Source: an uncultured Deinococcaceae bacterium
GTDB lineage: Bacteria > Deinococcota > Deinococci > Deinococcales > Deinococcaceae
Length of the DNA stretch: 64,000 bases
Assembly: GCA_964252075.1 (NCBI GenBank)
Contig: CAXULY010000011.1
Location: 52,060 to 116,059 of the forward strand
Direction of reading: 5' to 3'
Below, in pieces: positions 59,928 through 64,000 of this stretch. The translations under genes were made by a program, and so were the position numbers. The notes below the pieces were generated by a model. That model was not told the DNA's origin. It saw only the letters and a list, made by a program, of their open reading frames with translations, and did no database searches. Numbering within the stretch: the first letter of the stretch is position 1; every line of letters starts with the position of its first letter.

Positions 59928-60812
59928 GTGAAGGATCGTTCCGACCCGCGGGCGAGCAGCGACACCCGCACGGCCTGGCGGGTGGCCCTGGGGAACATCA
60001 TCTTCAACAACGACACCCGCGCTGGACGGTTGTTCGACCTGGCGCTCAGCGTGCTGATCGTGGGGAGCGTGCTGTCCGTGATGCTGGAGAGCGTGAGCGG
60101 CATCCGGGCGCGGCACGGTCCGCAACTGCGGGCGGCGGAGCTGACGTTCACGCTGCTGTTCGGGGTGGAGTACCTGCTGCGCATGCTGGGCGCGCGGCAC
60201 GCGTCGCATTACGCCCGCAGTTTCTTCGGCGTGGTGGACCTGCTGTCCATTCTGCCGGGCTTCGCGGCGCTGCTGTTCCCTGGCGCGCAGGCGCTCGCGG
60301 TGGTGCGCGCCCTGCGCCTGCTGCGCGTGTTCCGCATCTTCAAACTCGCGCGGTACCTCAGCGAGGCGAGTGTGCTGACCGAGGCGCTGCGCGCCAGCAC
60401 CGCGAAGATCACGGTGTTCGTCGCGGTGGTCCTCACCCTGGTGACCATCATTGGGGCGCTGATGTACGTCATTGAGGGCCCACGCAATGGGTTTACGAGC
60501 ATCCCGACGAGCATTTACTGGGCGGTCGTGACGTTGACGACCGTGGGTTATGGCGACATCGCGCCCAGGACGGGCCTCGGGAAGTTCCTGGCGTCCGCCG
60601 CGATGATCCTCGGGTACGGCATCATCGCGGTGCCGACGGGCATCGTGACGGTCAGTCTGACGCAGGCGCAGGCGCGCCGCACCGCCCGCACGTGCGAGAA
60701 CTGCGGCCTCGCCCGTCACGATCCGGACGCCCTGCACTGCAAGCGGTGCGGCGCGCGGCTGTCGAACACCACCGAGAATGACCGGGCGGCGGGCAGCACC
60801 CAGCCGCAGTGA
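59928..60812 (+). CDS. Voltage-gated potassium channel (ion transporter) with C-terminal Zn ribbon
   Basis: S4 RALRLLRVFRIFK, filter TTVGYGD, CENC..CKRC; TAGACT-N6-GTG. Confidence 0.92.
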   Translation: MKDRSDPRASSDTRTAWRVALGNIIFNNDTRAGRLFDLALSVLIVGSVLSVMLESVSGIRARHGPQLRAAELTFTLLFGVEYLLRMLGARHASHYARSFFGVVDLLSILPGFAALLFPGAQALAVVRALRLLRVFRIFKLARYLSEASVLTEALRASTAKITVFVAVVLTLVTIIGALMYVIEGPRNGFTSIPTSIYWAVVTLTTVGYGDIAPRTGLGKFLASAAMILGYGIIAVPTGIVTVSLTQAQARRTARTCENCGLARHDPDALHCKRCGARLSNTTENDRAAGSTQPQ

Positions 60813-61095
60813 GGGTTTAGGGCCGGTCCATTGGCCATCAGTGGAAGCGCTCCACGCGAGTCCTGACAATGAACGCGTAACTTTCCATCGACCCTTCGAG
60901 GTTGAGCTGCTGATGCCACTTGAAGCGCGTCAGGCGGTAGGGCCCTCTGTTGTTGCCTGCGGATCTTACCTCAACGACGCTTCGCCAATGACATAAAAGG
61001 CGTACGATGGTTGTGGTGTAGCGTTATATCGCAGCCCTCAAACCAGCGGGCATGACGAAAAGCGATGAAAACAGCATCACTTGGGAGGGTTAAGC

Positions 61096-61575
61096 ATGAC
61101 GGCTGACTTGCGGTTGATGTACGACTGGGTGAAGCGCACACGCGAAACGGTCTTCACATGGACTGAAGCCCTCCCACCCGATGTGTATACCCTGGAACGC
61201 TCGGACTTCGCCCACGGCAGCATCCGCAACGTGCAGGTGCACGTCCTGGCCTGTTACCGACACTGGGTCGCGGAGTGCGGGCTGGACCTGCAGCGGCCGC
61301 CAGCGTCCACCGTCCAGGACGCGGCTGCCGTACGCGACGCGTTCCGGGAGGTGGACGGCTGGCTCAACCTGGCTTTCGAGCGCTTCTCGGATGTGGACGC
61401 GCCCGTGGTCGTACAGTCCGGGGATTTCGGCGCGCTGCGCGTCACGCCGCGCTGGCTGGTGGTGCACCCCATCACGCACGAGTTCCACCATAAGGGGCAG
61501 ATGCTGGCGCTGGGGCGGTTCCTCGGGCATCCGCACCCGCCCGGCTCGGACACGGACCTCGTGTGGCCCATCTGA
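61096..61575 (+). CDS. DinB family protein
   Basis: GSIRNVQVHV, HPITHEFHHKGQ; GGAGG RBS. Confidence 0.85.
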   Translation: MTADLRLMYDWVKRTRETVFTWTEALPPDVYTLERSDFAHGSIRNVQVHVLACYRHWVAECGLDLQRPPASTVQDAAAVRDAFREVDGWLNLAFERFSDVDAPVVVQSGDFGALRVTPRWLVVHPITHEFHHKGQMLALGRFLGHPHPPGSDTDLVWPI

Positions 61576-62021
61576 GCGCCCGAAGGATCGGCCACCTTGC
61601 TGGCCTTCGCCACACTGAGGGGGAGTTGATGGTTCCGTCGGATACCCAACGGAGACTCGCGTGCGCCTCTGGATAAGCCTCTGCCACTGGACGCGTTGAA
61701 GCCCGACGTGGCCCGACTTCAGGCGCGCTCCCCCGACGGGCCTGATGGAATACAGCCCAGTGTCATCGTGGCAGAGGGCTCTCCCCGACCTTGAGGTCCG
61801 AGCCAGGAACAAGAGCGACCAGCAGAGCTTGCATTCTGGCGGCGTCAGTTGATGCAACCATCCCCGACGGACCGACCAGAGACGGTGGCGCGCGGGTCGG
61901 ACGTGCCTGCGAGGCGCGTAAATGACCGCTCATGGAGCGGTCCCGCAGGCACGGCTTCAGCTGGCCCATTCACAACCACGTGAGGGCGCGCCCGTCCCTC
62001 CGGCGTTCACCGCGCTGGCCT

Positions 62022-62366
62022 TCAGTGCAGGCGGTCCTGCCAGTCCGGCGGGACGCGCCCTGCGGGACCGGGCACCGGCTGGTCCAGCGGGTGCGCGTGC
62101 GGCGCGGGCAGCGCTGCGCCCGGCACGGCCGAATCCGTGCGGAAATCGTAGAACCAGTGTTCTCCGGGCTCGAAGCTCGTGATGACCGCGTGGCCGGTCT
62201 CCTCGTAATGCCGGCGGGCGTGCTGGTGGGGTGAACTGTCACAGCAGCCGATGTGACCGCACTCCGCGCAGCGGCGCAGGTGCAACCACCAGCCGCCCGC
62301 TTCCAGGCACTCCGCACAGCCGGTGCCGCTGGGCCTCGCCGCTTCGTTGATGCCGTCCTCACGCAT
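62022..62366 (-). CDS. UBP-type zinc finger domain protein
   Basis: CAEC..WLHLRRCAECGHIGCCDSSP.QHA..H, SFEPGEHW; GGAGG RBS. Confidence 0.88.
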   Translation of the reverse strand: MREDGINEAARPSGTGCAECLEAGGWWLHLRRCAECGHIGCCDSSPHQHARRHYEETGHAVITSFEPGEHWFYDFRTDSAVPGAALPAPHAHPLDQPVPGPAGRVPPDWQDRLH

Positions 62367-62546
62367 GGTGGCCCTCCTGGAGTTGAGCCCGGAGCGAACA
62401 GGGCGCCGGCCGGGCGTCCCGCTCAGCGTACACGACCACCCCGCAGTGCAAAACCCCCACTGCGCGAGCGCGCGGGTGAGCTGAGATCACCTCAGGGTGC
62501 CCCCTCGGCGGGCGCCATGTCTGTCCGGCTCATCCCCGCCCGCGCG

Positions 62547-63182
62547 CTACTTCTGGCAGGTGAGGTTCACGCGGAAGCTCGGGTCGCGCACCGTGAAGCT
62601 GGCTTTCACGCTGTCGCGTTTCTCGGGGGTCACGTCGAACAGGAACTTGTTGGGGCGGTAGGCGCTCACCGCGGCGGCGTCCATCTTCGATTCCGGGAAG
62701 ATCTTGAACTCGTACAGGGTGCCGGTGCCCTGCGGGAGCTTGGCGTAGGTCTTGTCCTGCCAGCCGCTGCGCCAGCCTTTCGCCCAGCTGTTGCCGTCCG
62801 GGAATGCGAGGTTCACGGCGCCGTTGTACGCGATGCCAGCGTCGGCCATCTCGAGCGTCTGGCTGGCGCCGTTCTTGATCTCGACGGTCACGCCCCAGCC
62901 CTCGCCGTAATCGCTGTCCTGCACGCGCTGCACGCGGGTCACGCGGAGGCGCCAGATGCCGTTGAACAGCCATTCGTTCATGCAGCCTTCCAGGCTGGCC
63001 TTCTGGTTCGCGCCGCCGCTCGCGGCGAGGGCGGCCTTCAGGTCCGTCAGCCGCACATACGTGACGCCGTTGATGACGCTGGTGTTCAAGGTGGTGGACG
63101 ATCCGTTCAGGACGAGCGTGACGGGCGCGGCGCCCGCGCAGGACAGGGCGAGCAGGGTGAGGGTGGATGTCAGGTGCTTCAT
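62547..63182 (-). CDS. Secreted hypothetical protein
   Basis: GGAGG RBS, signal peptide MKHLTSTLTLLALSCAGA, strong coding-like composition, Cys pair. Confidence 0.7.
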   Translation of the reverse strand: MKHLTSTLTLLALSCAGAAPVTLVLNGSSTTLNTSVINGVTYVRLTDLKAALAASGGANQKASLEGCMNEWLFNGIWRLRVTRVQRVQDSDYGEGWGVTVEIKNGASQTLEMADAGIAYNGAVNLAFPDGNSWAKGWRSGWQDKTYAKLPQGTGTLYEFKIFPESKMDAAAVSAYRPNKFLFDVTPEKRDSVKASFTVRDPSFRVNLTCQK

Positions 63183-63293
63183 GGTGGTTCCTCCGGGATG
63201 GGGTGAGGTCGGGTGGGGCGCCCCGGGCCGCGCGGTGGGCCTGGGTGCTGTCAACGTACGAGGGTGGGCGTTGCGCCGCCGTTGCGCGGGTGC

Positions 63294-63488
63294 TCAGCGC
63301 AGGCCGGGCGCGCGGCGGTCCGTGAGGCGCGCCACGAAGCGTGCGAAGGCGGCCGGGTCGTCGAACTCCCACGGCGCGGCGTGCCCGCCCAGCGTGACGG
63401 TGGCGTGGAAGGCCCGGTGCGCCGTGCGCGGGGTGAGGTGAATGACGAGCGTCACCACCGGTTCGGGTGCGGTTGGGCCTTCAGTCAC
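63294..63488 (-). CDS. Small hypothetical protein (64 aa)
   Basis: GGAGG RBS before GTG; VVTLVIHL..FHATVTL..WEFDDPAAFARFV. Confidence 0.55.
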   Translation of the reverse strand: MTEGPTAPEPVVTLVIHLTPRTAHRAFHATVTLGGHAAPWEFDDPAAFARFVARLTDRRAPGLR

Positions 63489-63529
63489 GGGTGAACCTCC
63501 GCCCGTACCGTAGGGGCCCGCGCGTTGCG

Positions 63530-64000
63530 TCAGCGTTGCGCGGGGGCCTGCAGGTGCGCGCGCCACTCCCGGCAGGCGCGCAGGTCCTCCGGGGAGCCGA
63601 CGCCCGCCCGCAGGGCCGCGTCCAGCGCGGCCCTCACGCCGGGCGTGTCGTGCGCGCACGCATGGCGGGCGGCGCGCAGCCACGCGCGCCACGCGGTGTG
63701 CCCGTCGGGCGGCGCCTCGGCGTCCGTGCGGTCCAGCAGCGCGCGCGCCTCCTGCAGCTGACTGGCGCGCAGCAGCGCGTCGAGGTGCTCGCGTCGCGCG
63801 AGCACCCAGGCGTCCGTGCCGGTCGGCGCGAGCTCGTCGGCGCGGGCGCGGGCCTCCAGTTCACCCGGCGCGCCGCGCGCGCGCAGGGCGTCCGCGCGCA
63901 CGCGCGCCCAGCCGGAGCGCGAAGCGGCGTCCGGTGGGTCCACCTCGCCGTCCTCCGCGAGCGCCCAGGCGTCCCTCCACGCGCCCATCCGGGTGAGGGC
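63530..64000 (-). CDS. C-terminal part of a helical-repeat (TPR-like) protein, 5' end outside the window
   Basis: Open frame to the window edge; Ala/Arg/Trp-rich amphipathic helices. Confidence 0.5.
   Translation of the reverse strand, partial: ALTRMGAWRDAWALAEDGEVDPPDAASRSGWARVRADALRARGAPGELEARARADELAPTGTDAWVLARREHLDALLRASQLQEARALLDRTDAEAPPDGHTAWRAWLRAARHACAHDTPGVRAALDAALRAGVGSPEDLRACREWRAHLQAPAQR

Overview
High-GC bacterial DNA, most likely a Deinococcus secondary replicon or accessory region. That assignment is inferred from many TAnnnT-N5-8-start leaderless promoters, an NPCBM lipoprotein, DinB genes and a candidate RDRM. I found no rRNA, intact tRNA, CRISPR array or transposase. About 55 CDS are supported. 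0-14.8 kb: M20 deacylase + diaminopropionate ammonia-lyase, flavin oxidoreductase, DUF6766, erythromycin-esterase family, MarR-ABC exporter, MarR-MFS, and a sensorless His kinase with two receivers. 15-29.6 kb (top candidate for an undescribed system): a divergent LacI-controlled catabolic island with two HpsN-like HisD paralogues, three tandem double-SnoaL ester-cyclase paralogues, a cupin, an aldolase, an alpha/beta hydrolase, an SDR, a nitrilase-family amidase and a sugar ABC importer. Both of its promoters carry a perfect TGCATACGTATGCA operator. 30-36 kb: xth and a tyrosine recombinase with a perfect 11-6-11 dif-like site over its promoter. 36-43.7 kb: ROK/MlrC/CutC/peptide-ABC/ROK-kinase uptake cluster. 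44-64 kb: a patchwork of detoxification and regulatory genes plus gene remnants. All product calls come from motif recognition by eye; no database searches were run.
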